From the IMG/VR virus record IMGVR_UViG_3300006931_000029, positions 124,001 through 188,000 of that record: a stretch of 64,000 nt of DNA; one strand, written 5' to 3'. The translations under genes were made by a program, and so were the position numbers. Under the pieces are notes generated by a model. It did no database searches and was not told where the DNA came from. It saw only the letters and a list, made by a program, of their open reading frames with translations. Positions 46,159-55,161 of this stretch are shown piece by piece (positions within the stretch are counted from its first letter, which is position 1; each line of letters starts with the position of its first letter).

Positions 46159-46641
46159 TTAGACCGTCGGCGCGTCCGGAACGACCGGAGTAGCCGGAGC
46201 ATCCGGCACCACGTCGGCCAGCGCTTGCGCAGAGGCCGACAGAGAGTTCAACGAGGAAAGGAATGCCTCGTCCGTGACGTTCGGGTCTTGAGCGTCGGCG
46301 ATCAACTGGTCGATCTGCGCCTGCATGGCGGTGACCTTCGCGTTGATCTCTCCGAGAGCTTCTGCGTTCTTGGCTGCGGCTGCAGCAATGGCTGTTTTGA
46401 TTTCGCTGAGTTTCATATTGATTTCTTGGATTTCCTGACGTAGTGAATTCAGGTCGTCTTTGGTTGGTGCATTCAGCAAGTGGGACCTGAACCACTCGAG
46501 AATGAAAAAGAGAGCGCCATCGCCCGTGGTAGGCAATGACACTGCGGGTCCTGGCGGACCTTGTTCTCCGCGCTCTCCTGGTTGACCCTGCGGTCCTGTG
46601 TCGCCTTTTGGTCCTGGCGGACCTGGATGGTGATCGTGCAT
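46159..46641 (-). CDS. collagen-headed coiled-coil protein
   Basis: MHDHHPGPPGPKG...; long Ala-rich coiled coil; alternative start MKLSE at 46416. Confidence 0.6.
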   Translation of the reverse strand: MHDHHPGPPGPKGDTGPQGQPGERGEQGPPGPAVSLPTTGDGALFFILEWFRSHLLNAPTKDDLNSLRQEIQEINMKLSEIKTAIAAAAAKNAEALGEINAKVTAMQAQIDQLIADAQDPNVTDEAFLSSLNSLSASAQALADVVPDAPATPVVPDAPTV

Positions 46642-46643
46642 GG

Positions 46644-47537
46644 TTACGGAATTATCGTGACGGTTATTTTCTGACTGACAGTGGAGCCTGCGGTGTTTGA
46701 GACCGAGCACATATAGACACCACCGTCGGAGGCCTGCGCAGATGCGACGGAAAAGACTTGGTTCGTTGATCCTTGGATTGGCGTTCCGTTCTTGAACCAT
46801 TGGAAAGAAAGTGGTGGTGATCCTTCAGAATCGGCTGATAGGGTGAGGAGTTGTCCTACCTTAACTGTCGTAGCCAAGGCGAGTTTCACTGATCCGGCTG
46901 GTGCAAATGCAACGTAGACAAATTTGGTGCCATCGCTAGCAAGGAGTTGTCCTGCGTGATTGGCAGGATCAGGAAGTCCTGAAACACCCGGAGGTCCTTG
47001 CGGGCCGACGTCACCCTTCGGTCCTTGTACGCCGATGCCTGGCAATCCCGGGTCGCCTTGATCGCCTTTCGGACCTTGCGGGCCTGGAGGTCCTGGAATT
47101 CCGGTAGGCGGAGGAGGTGGCGTTACACCAATCGACACCGACGAACCAACCTTCGTCTTCAGCTTTGCACCATCTTCCATGGTGATGGTAACTCCAACCA
47201 AGGGCGAGAGATTGTTCGACCCGAGTGTAGCGCTGAATCCTCCGCTCACGTTGTTCGCGACGACGATCGCAATACCGCCGGCCGATTTGACTACGTTAAT
47301 CTTGTCAAGGACACTGTTGACACCTCGATCAAGCAAAACAATTTTGCCAGCCCACGCAGCGTCTGCCGATTGGCCGAGTCCGCCGTAAACCAAAACAGCT
47401 GTGGTCGCAACCTTCGGCGTGCCAGTGACGTAGACGGCAGGGTATGCGTCAGGCGTTGCAAAGACGTAGACAGCGTCTGCGGCCGCCAAAAACGGTAACA
47501 GAAATAGGAATCCCAAGAAAACGGTAAGGCGCTTCAC
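46644..47537 (-). CDS. secreted PA-domain / collagen / Ig-like protein
   Basis: Signal peptide, PA domain ([10 protein letters not shown]...[11 protein letters not shown]), GPP repeats, Ig I-set (LSFQWFKNG...[11 protein letters not shown]). Confidence 0.85.
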   Translation of the reverse strand: MKRLTVFLGFLFLLPFLAAADAVYVFATPDAYPAVYVTGTPKVATTAVLVYGGLGQSADAAWAGKIVLLDRGVNSVLDKINVVKSAGGIAIVVANNVSGGFSATLGSNNLSPLVGVTITMEDGAKLKTKVGSSVSIGVTPPPPPTGIPGPPGPQGPKGDQGDPGLPGIGVQGPKGDVGPQGPPGVSGLPDPANHAGQLLASDGTKFVYVAFAPAGSVKLALATTVKVGQLLTLSADSEGSPPLSFQWFKNGTPIQGSTNQVFSVASAQASDGGVYMCSVSNTAGSTVSQKITVTIIP

Positions 47538-47636
47538 GGCACCTTATGTATCCGCTTCGTCTACTCAAAAACCGTAAAGCGACAACTGTCTACAGGTCTT
47601 ACACTATCCGTAAATTTCTCGATGTAACGATTCGAT

Positions 47637-47758
47637 AAATTTTTTGAGCGCAACGCATTTTGAAACGGCTTACGGCGCACGCGCTGGCATAAAATTATCT
47701 GCATCAACGCTGAAAATTTTGAGCGCCGATTAGGATTCGTTTCAGGAACATTTGTTCC
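47637..47758. promoter_or_regulatory. regulatory region with direct repeat and palindrome
   Basis: TTTTGAGCGC at 47642 and 47717; GGAACA-TT-TGTTCC at 47745-47758; lies in a 250-nt AT-rich gap. Confidence 0.45.
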
Positions 47759-47787
47759 ATCTCGCGGCTCCAGGCTGGGCTCAGAGC

Positions 47788-48102
47788 TCAGTCCAGAACG
47801 ATCTGGCTTAGACCTTCTCCAGGTTTCCAGGTAGCGGTTGCCGTTGCCTTGCACCTCATGCAGCGGATAGGCATGTTGTCCATTTCCATGATCGGAGAAA
47901 CCATCGAATGAGCTTCGTGAATCGTTCGCCAATCGTGGTCTCCTCGCTTGCACTTTAGCTCCTCTAGCCGCTTGGCAATCCTAGCGTCATCACGCTTCAT
48001 CCTGCGATAATGCATCAACGTGAACAGAAGCATCACGATCGTGGCCCAACAGCCAAGAAAGAATTCGGGCGGCGCGTTGACAAGTCTGTCCACTAAGCTC
48101 AT
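47788..48102 (-). CDS. membrane protein with zinc finger
   Basis: TM helix; CKRGDHDW...CMRC. Confidence 0.6.
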   Translation of the reverse strand: MSLVDRLVNAPPEFFLGCWATIVMLLFTLMHYRRMKRDDARIAKRLEELKCKRGDHDWRTIHEAHSMVSPIMEMDNMPIRCMRCKATATATWKPGEGLSQIVLD

Positions 48103-48380
48103 GGCGTAATTGTGAACTCAGCTTTGAGCACGGCCGTAGGTTTTATCACTTCGACCGTGATGACACCATAGCGCACAGCCAACCTCACAGCGTCGGCTAG
48201 GCACTTTGCATTGATCTTTTTGTAGAGGTGACCGCGCTGAGTCTCTATAGTCTTCGTGCCGACGTCGCAGACGGTTGCTATCTCCTTTGCCGATTTTCCA
48301 TTCGCCATCATCTCCCAAATTTGGTACTCACGTTCCGTGATCTTGAATCCATTCACGGTAACTTTAGAGTAGACGGTCAT
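48099..48380 (-). CDS. stand-alone LuxR/NarL-type HTH regulator
   Basis: ITEREYQIWEMMANGKSAKEIA...VGTKTIETQRGHLYKKI...DAVRLAVRYGVI. Confidence 0.9.
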   Translation of the reverse strand: MTVYSKVTVNGFKITEREYQIWEMMANGKSAKEIATVCDVGTKTIETQRGHLYKKINAKCLADAVRLAVRYGVITVEVIKPTAVLKAEFTITP

Positions 48381-48826
48381 TTTGGCGGTGGAGCGTGTGG
48401 GTCCTCGATGGCGTCTAAGCGAATAGCTTCAGCAAGAATACGCAACGCGTTGTGAGTTCTCAGAGAACGACCGCCACCGCCAGAGGTTCTGAACCGCAAC
48501 CATTCGGATGTGCCGCCAGGCATAAGCTGTGAACCGTGGGGACGCGATGAGACATAGACATGCATATCACCATCTGGAGCACGAAGTACACCAATCTTGC
48601 CCTGGTATGTGCCGTCGTGGTCGTCGTGCAACCGCTCAAGCACGCCGTCTTCCACGCTTGTCAGCGGCCAGAATGACTCTAGGACGGTTTGAATTACCAG
48701 CTGCGGATTGACGTTGATCGCTTGCTCGATTGCCTTTCGAAGGCTTGCCAGTCTTACTGCGTGGTCGAGTGAGCGAGAGAAGGGCGTCGGCCCATCCGTT
48801 CCAGTAGGTGGAGTCTTCGAGGGCAT
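48377..48826 (-). CDS. hypothetical protein
   Basis: C-terminal LERLHDDHDG...WLRFRT.GGGGRS portion looks real; start uncertain. Confidence 0.55.
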   Translation of the reverse strand: MPSKTPPTGTDGPTPFSRSLDHAVRLASLRKAIEQAINVNPQLVIQTVLESFWPLTSVEDGVLERLHDDHDGTYQGKIGVLRAPDGDMHVYVSSRPHGSQLMPGGTSEWLRFRTSGGGGRSLRTHNALRILAEAIRLDAIEDPHAPPPK

Positions 48827-48893
48827 CGGATACTTTGGCGTTCTGTCGTGCTTCAGCGGCCTGCTTTCTAAGCTCGTCTTCGCTGAAGGTCAC
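48636..48893 (-). CDS. hypothetical protein
   Basis: GTG overlapping the upstream TGA; overlaps the next ORF. Confidence 0.4.
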   Translation of the reverse strand: MTFSEDELRKQAAEARQNAKVSDALEDSTYWNGWADALLSLTRPRSKTGKPSKGNRASDQRQSAAGNSNRPRVILAADKRGRRRA

Positions 48894-49330
48894 GCTAGTG
48901 AATCTTGGGGTTTCCAGGTGGTAGGACGAGAGCACCAAGCTCGGTGCATAAAATCCTTGTTGAATCCTTTGAAGAGATACTTTGGGTCCATGTCCAGCAT
49001 CTTCGCCGTGACGTTGATGACCCGAGTCGTGTTGGCTTTTGAGTCACCGAACGCATGAGACACAAGCCAAATGGCGTGGACAATCTTCATCTTCCGCTTC
49101 GTCTCTTCCACCACCGCCGTCGAATTGACGTACGTTGGATCGTACTCCCAGTCCCACTCTTGGCAGAGGTAGTCGATTGCTGCACACTCCTTGTCCGACA
49201 TCTTGTACTCGGTGTCGAACGGATAGATCATGAACTTCAACTCGCCGAAGTTCTGGGTTTCTTCAAGGAACGACCATGCCTCACCGTCGTCCTTGAACAT
49301 TCTGCGGAGGTGATCGGGTGCTTGTGGCAT
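48890..49330 (-). CDS. hypothetical protein
   Basis: MPQAPDHLRRMFKDD...CAAIDYLCQEWDW. Confidence 0.65.
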   Translation of the reverse strand: MPQAPDHLRRMFKDDGEAWSFLEETQNFGELKFMIYPFDTEYKMSDKECAAIDYLCQEWDWEYDPTYVNSTAVVEETKRKMKIVHAIWLVSHAFGDSKANTTRVINVTAKMLDMDPKYLFKGFNKDFMHRAWCSRPTTWKPQDSLA

Positions 49331-49331
49331 G

Positions 49332-49649
49332 TCAGAGATTGGTTAGCGAGAAACGACTCGACTTCTTCTTTGGCGGCGGTCTTGAGTCTTGTTCGAACTT
49401 GATCTCTTGGTCGATGGCGGCTGCTGAAAACGTAACGCCTTTACGGCGACGGGGCACAACTGTCTGCGATCCTTGATGACCCTGGGGTCCTGAGTACTGA
49501 ACTCCTTGATGCCCTCCTCCAGAGGATTGGGAACCGGCAGAACCGCCGCCTCCGCCACCTCTGACGGCAACATAAGACACACCCCAGTTAAGTCTAGGGG
49601 CATGCGACCCAGAATCAAGCACCACGAAATCGTCACCATTTGCGCCCAT
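49332..49649 (-). CDS. low-complexity hypothetical protein
   Basis: Gly-rich; in operon. Confidence 0.45.
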   Translation of the reverse strand: MGANGDDFVVLDSGSHAPRLNWGVSYVAVRGGGGGGSAGSQSSGGGHQGVQYSGPQGHQGSQTVVPRRRKGVTFSAAAIDQEIKFEQDSRPPPKKKSSRFSLTNL

Positions 49650-49726
49650 CGGGCCAACAGGTCCGACGCAACCGGTCGGCCCGATGTTACGCGCGAATGG
49701 ATTTGGATTCCTGTGCAGTTGGCCCC

Positions 49727-49927
49727 TTAGACGAAAGGGCGCACAAGGACGTCGACGAGGGCGAGGTCAGTTGGGAGTTTATCTTTGTTGTCGAGCGTGG
49801 CTTTCATCGCAGCGGCACGGTCGTCAGTGGCGATGAAACAATACGGCGGAACGATGAGCACCTCGGGTGTACCTTCTTCGCGCTGTTTGTGGGTAGGTTT
49901 CTGAACGATAGCGACTTCGTAGAGCAT
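49727..49927 (-). CDS. hypothetical protein
   Basis: MLYEVAIVQKPT...VLVRPF; GTTCT 10 nt upstream. Confidence 0.7.
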   Translation of the reverse strand: MLYEVAIVQKPTHKQREEGTPEVLIVPPYCFIATDDRAAAMKATLDNKDKLPTDLALVDVLVRPFV

Positions 49928-49942
49928 AGGTTTTGGTAGAAC

Positions 49943-50272
49943 TCAACCTGATTTTCGACTGGAAATTTCCTTCAGTAAAGACCTGATGATGTCGTGGTAC
50001 TCTTGCCAGTGAAGCGGCATGGTCGGAGAGTAGTATTCCACGTTGCCTAGTTTCTTCTCGATTTCAGCGTGACGCTTTGAGAGCGGTAGAGGCGCGAGTA
50101 TCCAGCGACGATGATGTCCATGGATCGTTGGTTGTTCAACGGCAAGCCCTTTCTTTACCAGGCGATTCAGTGCAGCCACTTCCCAACTTCGGACGTCTCC
50201 ACCGGAAATCGGTGACAGCTGCAACAGCTTGTAAACACGAGCCTCAAGCTCGGTGAGTTTAGGATCGCCCAT
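49943..50272 (-). CDS. possible winged-helix protein
   Basis: LTELEARVYKLL...ALNRLVKKGLA. Confidence 0.5.
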   Translation of the reverse strand: MGDPKLTELEARVYKLLQLSPISGGDVRSWEVAALNRLVKKGLAVEQPTIHGHHRRWILAPLPLSKRHAEIEKKLGNVEYYSPTMPLHWQEYHDIIRSLLKEISSRKSG

Positions 50273-50317
50273 GAGCAGAAGAATTCGTTTACGTTTTAAC
50301 AGACTAGTAGGTAGTCT

Positions 50318-50587
50318 ATGAAACCGATCCAACTCGTCGAGGCTCTGCTAGGTGACACGCAGCCAGTGATCGTGCAAGATCGTGTGATCCCGAACGGCGA
50401 CATGGTTTGTCCTCACTGCAAGGAAAGCATCCACGAAAAGGGACTAGCGTACCGAGATGGTCAACACATCCACGGTGCCTGCGGCGGTACGGTGACTCTT
50501 CCTCCACCATCAGCGACCGAGCTGAAGTGGCTCGACCAATTCAAATCACAGGTCTCGAGTCTGAAGAATCCGCCGGCGAATATCTGA
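50318..50587 (+). CDS. zinc-ribbon protein with N-terminal PIQLVEALLGD tag
   Basis: CPHC...HGACG. Confidence 0.65.
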   Translation: MKPIQLVEALLGDTQPVIVQDRVIPNGDMVCPHCKESIHEKGLAYRDGQHIHGACGGTVTLPPPSATELKWLDQFKSQVSSLKNPPANI

Positions 50588-50738
50588 TTTCGATCCAGAA
50601 GCCGATCATCGGCAATGGACAGACATAGAGGCGCTTGGCCTTCTTGTCGTAGTAGGCGCCAATCCACAGGTCGTACCACCGAAAGAAGGTTTCGACGGTG
50701 AGTTCCCAATCGCAGCGATAAGACGAAGGCGTTTGCAC
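50541..50738 (-). CDS. hypothetical protein
   Basis: FFRWYDLWIGAYYD...YVCPLP. Confidence 0.55.
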   Translation of the reverse strand: MQTPSSYRCDWELTVETFFRWYDLWIGAYYDKKAKRLYVCPLPMIGFWIEIRYSPADSSDSRPVI

Positions 50739-50741
50739 GGA

Positions 50742-51122
50742 CTAAACCTCTTCTTTTCCGTCACGAATCATCTGAGCGCCCGGATACTTCTCCTGCAGCT
50801 CCTTGAACTCTTTCGATAGGGTCAAGAGAGCGTCGATCTTTTGGGCTTTGAGCTGCGCCTCGATTCGATCGGTGATGATGTTGACCAGCTCCTTCAGCGA
50901 ACTGTGATTTGGATCGTCGAGGTTTCGATTGTCTACTGTGTTGGCGTAATTTTCCGCCCAGATACCCAAGATTCTGAGGTCCTGAACATTGATGACGATC
51001 GTCGCATCATTCTTCGGATCACACGGGATGTCCTTCGTCCCACAAGCCGGACAACTCGTTGCTCCTTTCAACTCGTCAGCGGTGAAAGATTTATTGCAAC
51101 GAATACAACGGGCGGCGTCCAT
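50742..51122 (-). CDS. zinc-ribbon protein
   Basis: CIRC...CPAC. Confidence 0.65.
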   Translation of the reverse strand: MDAARCIRCNKSFTADELKGATSCPACGTKDIPCDPKNDATIVINVQDLRILGIWAENYANTVDNRNLDDPNHSSLKELVNIITDRIEAQLKAQKIDALLTLSKEFKELQEKYPGAQMIRDGKEEV

Positions 51123-51125
51123 GTC

Positions 51126-51350
51126 CTACTTATCGACGCGAAACGCATTGCGAATCTCGTCCCGCTCCTTCGTCCAGTCTTTGCACCAGTCAATGATCGG
51201 TTGTCGGGCGGTAGGAACTTCCATTCCAATCATGATAACGAACTCTTGCAGCGCATACTCCATGGCGAGAACTCTGGCTTCCCAATGAGTCTGCGGCTCA
51301 CAGCCAGGCGGTTCCTGGCTGGGAAGGCCTCGGTCTTCGTTAATGTCCAC
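51126..51350 (-). CDS. hypothetical protein
   Basis: 74 aa; GTTCT 6 nt upstream. Confidence 0.55.
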   Translation of the reverse strand: MDINEDRGLPSQEPPGCEPQTHWEARVLAMEYALQEFVIMIGMEVPTARQPIIDWCKDWTKERDEIRNAFRVDK

Positions 51351-51939
51351 CTGACGAGAACGCCTTCACCAAGTCCAGATATGGTTGCGACATCTTGTGA
51401 GCTGCCGTCCTCGACGCCCAATCGATGGCCGTGTCAAGACTCATGCTCATGTTTCGAATAGCGTATGCAGCAGCGACAGCCCCGGTCCGGTCTGTACCGT
51501 TCAAGCAGTGAACGTAGATTTTCTTCGCGCTCATCTCATTCAGTCGGCTGATGAAATCGATCAGCCCTTCGAAGTCGTAGGACTGTGCCGAAGGACCGGT
51601 GACGTCCGGCGTCGTACCGCCTTCGATCGGCCACCAACAGAGAAGCCTGTTTTGATAAGGCATCGCGTGCATCAAAGCAGGGTCCCACTGAGGATCGAGA
51701 AACGGCGGAGCACTACGGGTGAACTTGCAGGCGTAGGTGCGCTCGAGAACCTCTAGCAGGTCAACCTCGCCGGTGTTATCGGTCAGACAGATTTGAATCA
51801 AACCGGATTTCTCAGAACCGATCAACGAATCGAGCTGAGCAAAGTCGACTTCTCGGTCCTTGTTCAGTGGGAAGTTGCCACGCCAAAGATTGCCATGGAT
51901 TTCGGAGACGCGAGCCGGATCAAGGATGGGATTGTTCAT
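51340..51939 (-). CDS. protein tyrosine/dual-specificity phosphatase
   Basis: IYVHCLNGTDRTG = HCx5R catalytic loop; LWRG near the N-terminus. Confidence 0.85.
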   Translation of the reverse strand: MNNPILDPARVSEIHGNLWRGNFPLNKDREVDFAQLDSLIGSEKSGLIQICLTDNTGEVDLLEVLERTYACKFTRSAPPFLDPQWDPALMHAMPYQNRLLCWWPIEGGTTPDVTGPSAQSYDFEGLIDFISRLNEMSAKKIYVHCLNGTDRTGAVAAAYAIRNMSMSLDTAIDWASRTAAHKMSQPYLDLVKAFSSGGH

Positions 51940-52319
51940 GGTTGTGTTCGTTCGCCTCTGCGCATCTTCATTTCAGCTTCTCGCGACTCCTTGAGAGCAT
52001 GATAGCTCTCACGGTCAGTCTTGAGATGGTTAAGAAGCCAAGCTTCAGTCATGTTGCTGGCGAAGATTTCTGCCTCCTCATAGTCAGTGAAAACCCACGG
52101 ATGGGTCAAGCACCAATGACGTGGATTAAACGTCGCCGTGTATGACTTCGTCAACCTCAACCAAACGCCAGATGACACGCGTCGAAATTCAATGATGCTC
52201 CCACCTGGATACGGTATTACCCGTGCTTCCAACCGAGGGATAGGAATAGCTGGAAGCGTGTTGAGCGGTGAGGAGATTCGCCGCTTCCACCAAACTCGAA
52301 GTATGCGCAGCCATCTCAC
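51936..52319 (-). CDS. hypothetical protein
   Basis: ATGA-coupled. Confidence 0.55.
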   Translation of the reverse strand: MRWLRILRVWWKRRISSPLNTLPAIPIPRLEARVIPYPGGSIIEFRRVSSGVWLRLTKSYTATFNPRHWCLTHPWVFTDYEEAEIFASNMTEAWLLNHLKTDRESYHALKESREAEMKMRRGERTQP

Positions 52320-52678
52320 TTTTTCTTAAACGCTTCCAGTTCCGGCGGGCCATAGACGTTGTCGACGGCTGAGTTTGCCGTATACCGAGCGTCGCTCGAT
52401 CCAGCGCCATTGTCAATCGCCTTGTTGAAGACTGACCACCAGAGAACTGCTCGGTCGCCGGCAACCACCATAGTCGTGGGAAGCGGAAGCTTCGCCGGTT
52501 GCTTTGCGTCCTTGTCCATGTAGACGATGATGTCCGGACCAGGAAAATAGACGTGAACGTAAGCGTTCACCAGCAGCGTTCCGCAGATGAACAATACCGC
52601 AAGGGCGATTGCCACGTCGCGAGGATCGAAATACTGCCACCAGCGTTTGCGTGGCGGCGGGTTGCTGAGCTGCTTCAT
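52316..52678 (-). CDS. membrane-anchored hypothetical protein
   Basis: Single TM helix. Confidence 0.6.
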   Translation of the reverse strand: MKQLSNPPPRKRWWQYFDPRDVAIALAVLFICGTLLVNAYVHVYFPGPDIIVYMDKDAKQPAKLPLPTTMVVAGDRAVLWWSVFNKAIDNGAGSSDARYTANSAVDNVYGPPELEAFKKK

Positions 52679-53190
52679 GGTTCGATGATCTTAGCGATTG
52701 TGGCTAGCGCTTCCTTTGTAGAGTGGTGCATTCCAGTCGTGAGGTAATCAGAAATCCGCTTAGCCTTCTGCTCAGGAGAACTGTCTGGCCATTTGGCCTC
52801 CGGAATCTTGGATGCGTCTGTCAGCAGGGTGATGCCGTGAACGCCATGAAAATCAGCACGAACTCGGATGACGTTTGATTCGATCGTCTTGAACAAATAG
52901 CCCTGCGGACATTCCTTGATCAAGTTTTCAACGTCGTCCTTGTTGATGCAACCGTACTCCGACCGGTCCGGATTGTCGCCGTTCAGTATTTTGAATGGCC
53001 GAGTGAGGAAGCTGTTGTTCAGCCCGATGATCGAAATGAACTTGGTGGATGGACCGTAAGCAGTCAGCGTGCCGGCTCTAGGATCATTCCACCAGACGGC
53101 GCAGCTCCTGCACTCGCACCACTTGGGATTCTCAGCGATGCGGCTGGGAACCACCAAGCTGCCACAAGAGTGGCAAAACATCATCTTCAT
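52675..53190 (-). CDS. zinc-ribbon protein
   Basis: CHSC...CECRSC. Confidence 0.65.
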   Translation of the reverse strand: MKMMFCHSCGSLVVPSRIAENPKWCECRSCAVWWNDPRAGTLTAYGPSTKFISIIGLNNSFLTRPFKILNGDNPDRSEYGCINKDDVENLIKECPQGYLFKTIESNVIRVRADFHGVHGITLLTDASKIPEAKWPDSSPEQKAKRISDYLTTGMHHSTKEALATIAKIIEP

Positions 53191-53474
53191 TTGCCGAACC
53201 CGCCGCCACCCTTCTTGAAGTCGTCGACAGTGATGTCGCTGGCCCTGAAGACGACGAGAGGATAGTAAGGAGCGAAGATTGACACGCTCTCGTTGCTATT
53301 GCGATGCCACCGCGCGAACAGAGCCATCTGAACTTCCAGGAGTCTGGTCATGTCCCTGTCCACCTCCGGTGAAAGTGGAACGGTCACACTGGGATAAACC
53401 AGTCTCAGCCGAAGTTCCTCAGCTGAAAGTTCCTCATCAGTCCACTCTGAATAACGGTGTGCAACGACTCTCAT
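53187..53474 (-). CDS. hypothetical protein
   Basis: Start MRVVAH overlapping the Tad1 stop. Confidence 0.5.
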   Translation of the reverse strand: MRVVAHRYSEWTDEELSAEELRLRLVYPSVTVPLSPEVDRDMTRLLEVQMALFARWHRNSNESVSIFAPYYPLVVFRASDITVDDFKKGGGGFGK

Positions 53475-53896
53475 TTGGTATGGGTGCCCTCTACTCCGCG
53501 GGCTAGACGGTCTTTGGTTCTCTTCTGTAACCACTCGAGTGCAGATTCCAGATGCTTCAGAGCCTCAGCGTTTTCCACACAGGCGTATTTGCCTGGGATG
53601 CTGAAGTTGAACGAGCTGTCCTCGTTGCGGGCGTACTGGAATCCCCGCATGCGATCGATGGCAACGGCGATAATCGCTTCGTTCGTAATGCCGTTACGGT
53701 CGGCTGGGGTTTGAATCGGTCCGTTTTGGAACCGAAGGTTCACGCCGAACGGTACGCGCTCACCAGCAATCGCGCCGGCTTCGCCAATGATGTCGTACTT
53801 GTGGTTGGCACCGCCAGGACCTGGCGCGTCAACAGCTGCGATTTCGATGGCTTCGTTGAGACCGCCGACAATGTGATTTGAGATGATGCGTTTCAT
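53471..53896 (-). CDS. tad1: Tad1-like anti-Thoeris/anti-CBASS signal sponge
   Basis: GPGGANHKY, FQNG, NGITNEAII...DRMRGFQ, ENAEALKHLESALEWL..RT.DR..RGVEGT match the Tad1 family pattern as recalled. Confidence 0.75.
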   Translation of the reverse strand: MKRIISNHIVGGLNEAIEIAAVDAPGPGGANHKYDIIGEAGAIAGERVPFGVNLRFQNGPIQTPADRNGITNEAIIAVAIDRMRGFQYARNEDSSFNFSIPGKYACVENAEALKHLESALEWLQKRTKDRLARGVEGTHTK

Positions 53897-54271
53897 TTAG
53901 TAGGGTGGATTTTTGGTTAGTTCCTCAGCGATGCAGAACTTTCCCCTTACTCTTGTCATCAAAACCTCTTTCGCAATGTCCGGTCCGGCGGCGAAGTCGC
54001 AGTGAGCCATGCTCTGTGGAAAACCAGTTGCTTCGAAGGCCCACTTAGTCAGGTCGTCTAGCGTAGCCAACGTCTCAGCTGTCGGTCCCCATTCGTCATG
54101 AATGATCCAGACGTCTGGCCTTCCGTACAATCGAACGGTCAGCCTGTTCGCTTGATGAATCCAATAGGAGCGGCGTCGCCTGCTGCGTTGGCGATCGACG
54201 TTGCGGTACGCTCTGGCAATCTTGTGCAGTAGCCGAGAACGAGTACACGCGTCTAGTTTTGGTGTCTTCAT
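53897..54271 (-). CDS. hypothetical protein
   Basis: Probable start MKTPKL at 54271. Confidence 0.5.
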   Translation of the reverse strand: MKTPKLDACTRSRLLHKIARAYRNVDRQRSRRRRSYWIHQANRLTVRLYGRPDVWIIHDEWGPTAETLATLDDLTKWAFEATGFPQSMAHCDFAAGPDIAKEVLMTRVRGKFCIAEELTKNPPY

Positions 54272-54371
54272 CGTGAAGCCAATGTGGCCGAGCTTTCGCC
54301 CGGCCACAAGGTCCAGCTTCAACTTACGGACACCGGCAAACGCCGGGCCGCTCAAGTGATAAGAACAGCGA

Positions 54372-54728
54372 TCAGGCTTTCTTAGCCTTGGGTGGCACCA
54401 CAGACACAGAGACCAGCATGCCATAGGTCCGATTGTGGCGGGCGAAACGGCGTCCGGACATAAGTTTGGCAGTCGCGAGGCTGACGAACTCGAACGTCTC
54501 CTCTGTGCCGTCTGCGTGTGTGACGACCGTCTTGACGGAACCGAACTCCGCCTTCAACTGAACGAGAATGGTCTCAACGGCGTTGACGGCACTGGCGAGT
54601 TTCTTGTAGCCTTCACCGCCGCCACCTTGATTGCGGTTGTTGCCGCCCTGAAAATGGAAGAACCATTCCGGCTTCCAGATTTTGGATTTTGCTTTGCGTA
54701 CTTTACCGTGGAAGACTTCGATGTGCAT
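54372..54728 (-). CDS. DUF1508/YegP-like protein
   Basis: Start MHIEVF; WFFHF.GGN......GEGY...ASAVNAV. Confidence 0.6.
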   Translation of the reverse strand: MHIEVFHGKVRKAKSKIWKPEWFFHFQGGNNRNQGGGGEGYKKLASAVNAVETILVQLKAEFGSVKTVVTHADGTEETFEFVSLATAKLMSGRRFARHNRTYGMLVSVSVVPPKAKKA

Positions 54729-54729
54729 G

Positions 54730-55161
54730 TTAGCTTGATGTTGGGATTGTGGTGCCGCCGGAAGCGATATAGTCGAGCACGTGACCGTAGGTCTTGAACT
54801 TCTCTGCGTGCTCTTCAGGAATTTCGCCACCGATTTGGTCTTTGAACTCCTCCTCGATCGCCATAAGCAACTCGACCATGTCGAGTGAGTCGCAACCAAG
54901 ATCGTCAAAGGTGGCAGAACCAACCACCTGGTCGGAGTTCAGGTTCAGCTGATTGACGAAGATTTCTCGGAGCTTAGTGTCGACTTCTTGGCGTTCCATA
55001 GCGGTTTGAGGTTGGATGAATAAGGCGTGGTGAAAAGCTTTGAGTAGAAGAACTCGGTCGAAGTTGCTGATAGTTGGATCGATTCCCAGTGGAAGCCTGA
55101 CGTAGTTCAGCGCAAACAGAAGCCACTCGCGTTCCTCGCGTAGGCGTTGCAGCTCGTCCAT
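54730..55161 (-). CDS. acpP: acyl carrier protein domain, with possible 54-aa N-terminal extension
   Basis: TFDDLGCDSLDMVELLMAIEEEF...IPEEHAEKFKT; internal ATG at 54999 gives a stand-alone ACP. Confidence 0.9.
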   Translation of the reverse strand: MDELQRLREEREWLLFALNYVRLPLGIDPTISNFDRVLLLKAFHHALFIQPQTAMERQEVDTKLREIFVNQLNLNSDQVVGSATFDDLGCDSLDMVELLMAIEEEFKDQIGGEIPEEHAEKFKTYGHVLDYIASGGTTIPTSS

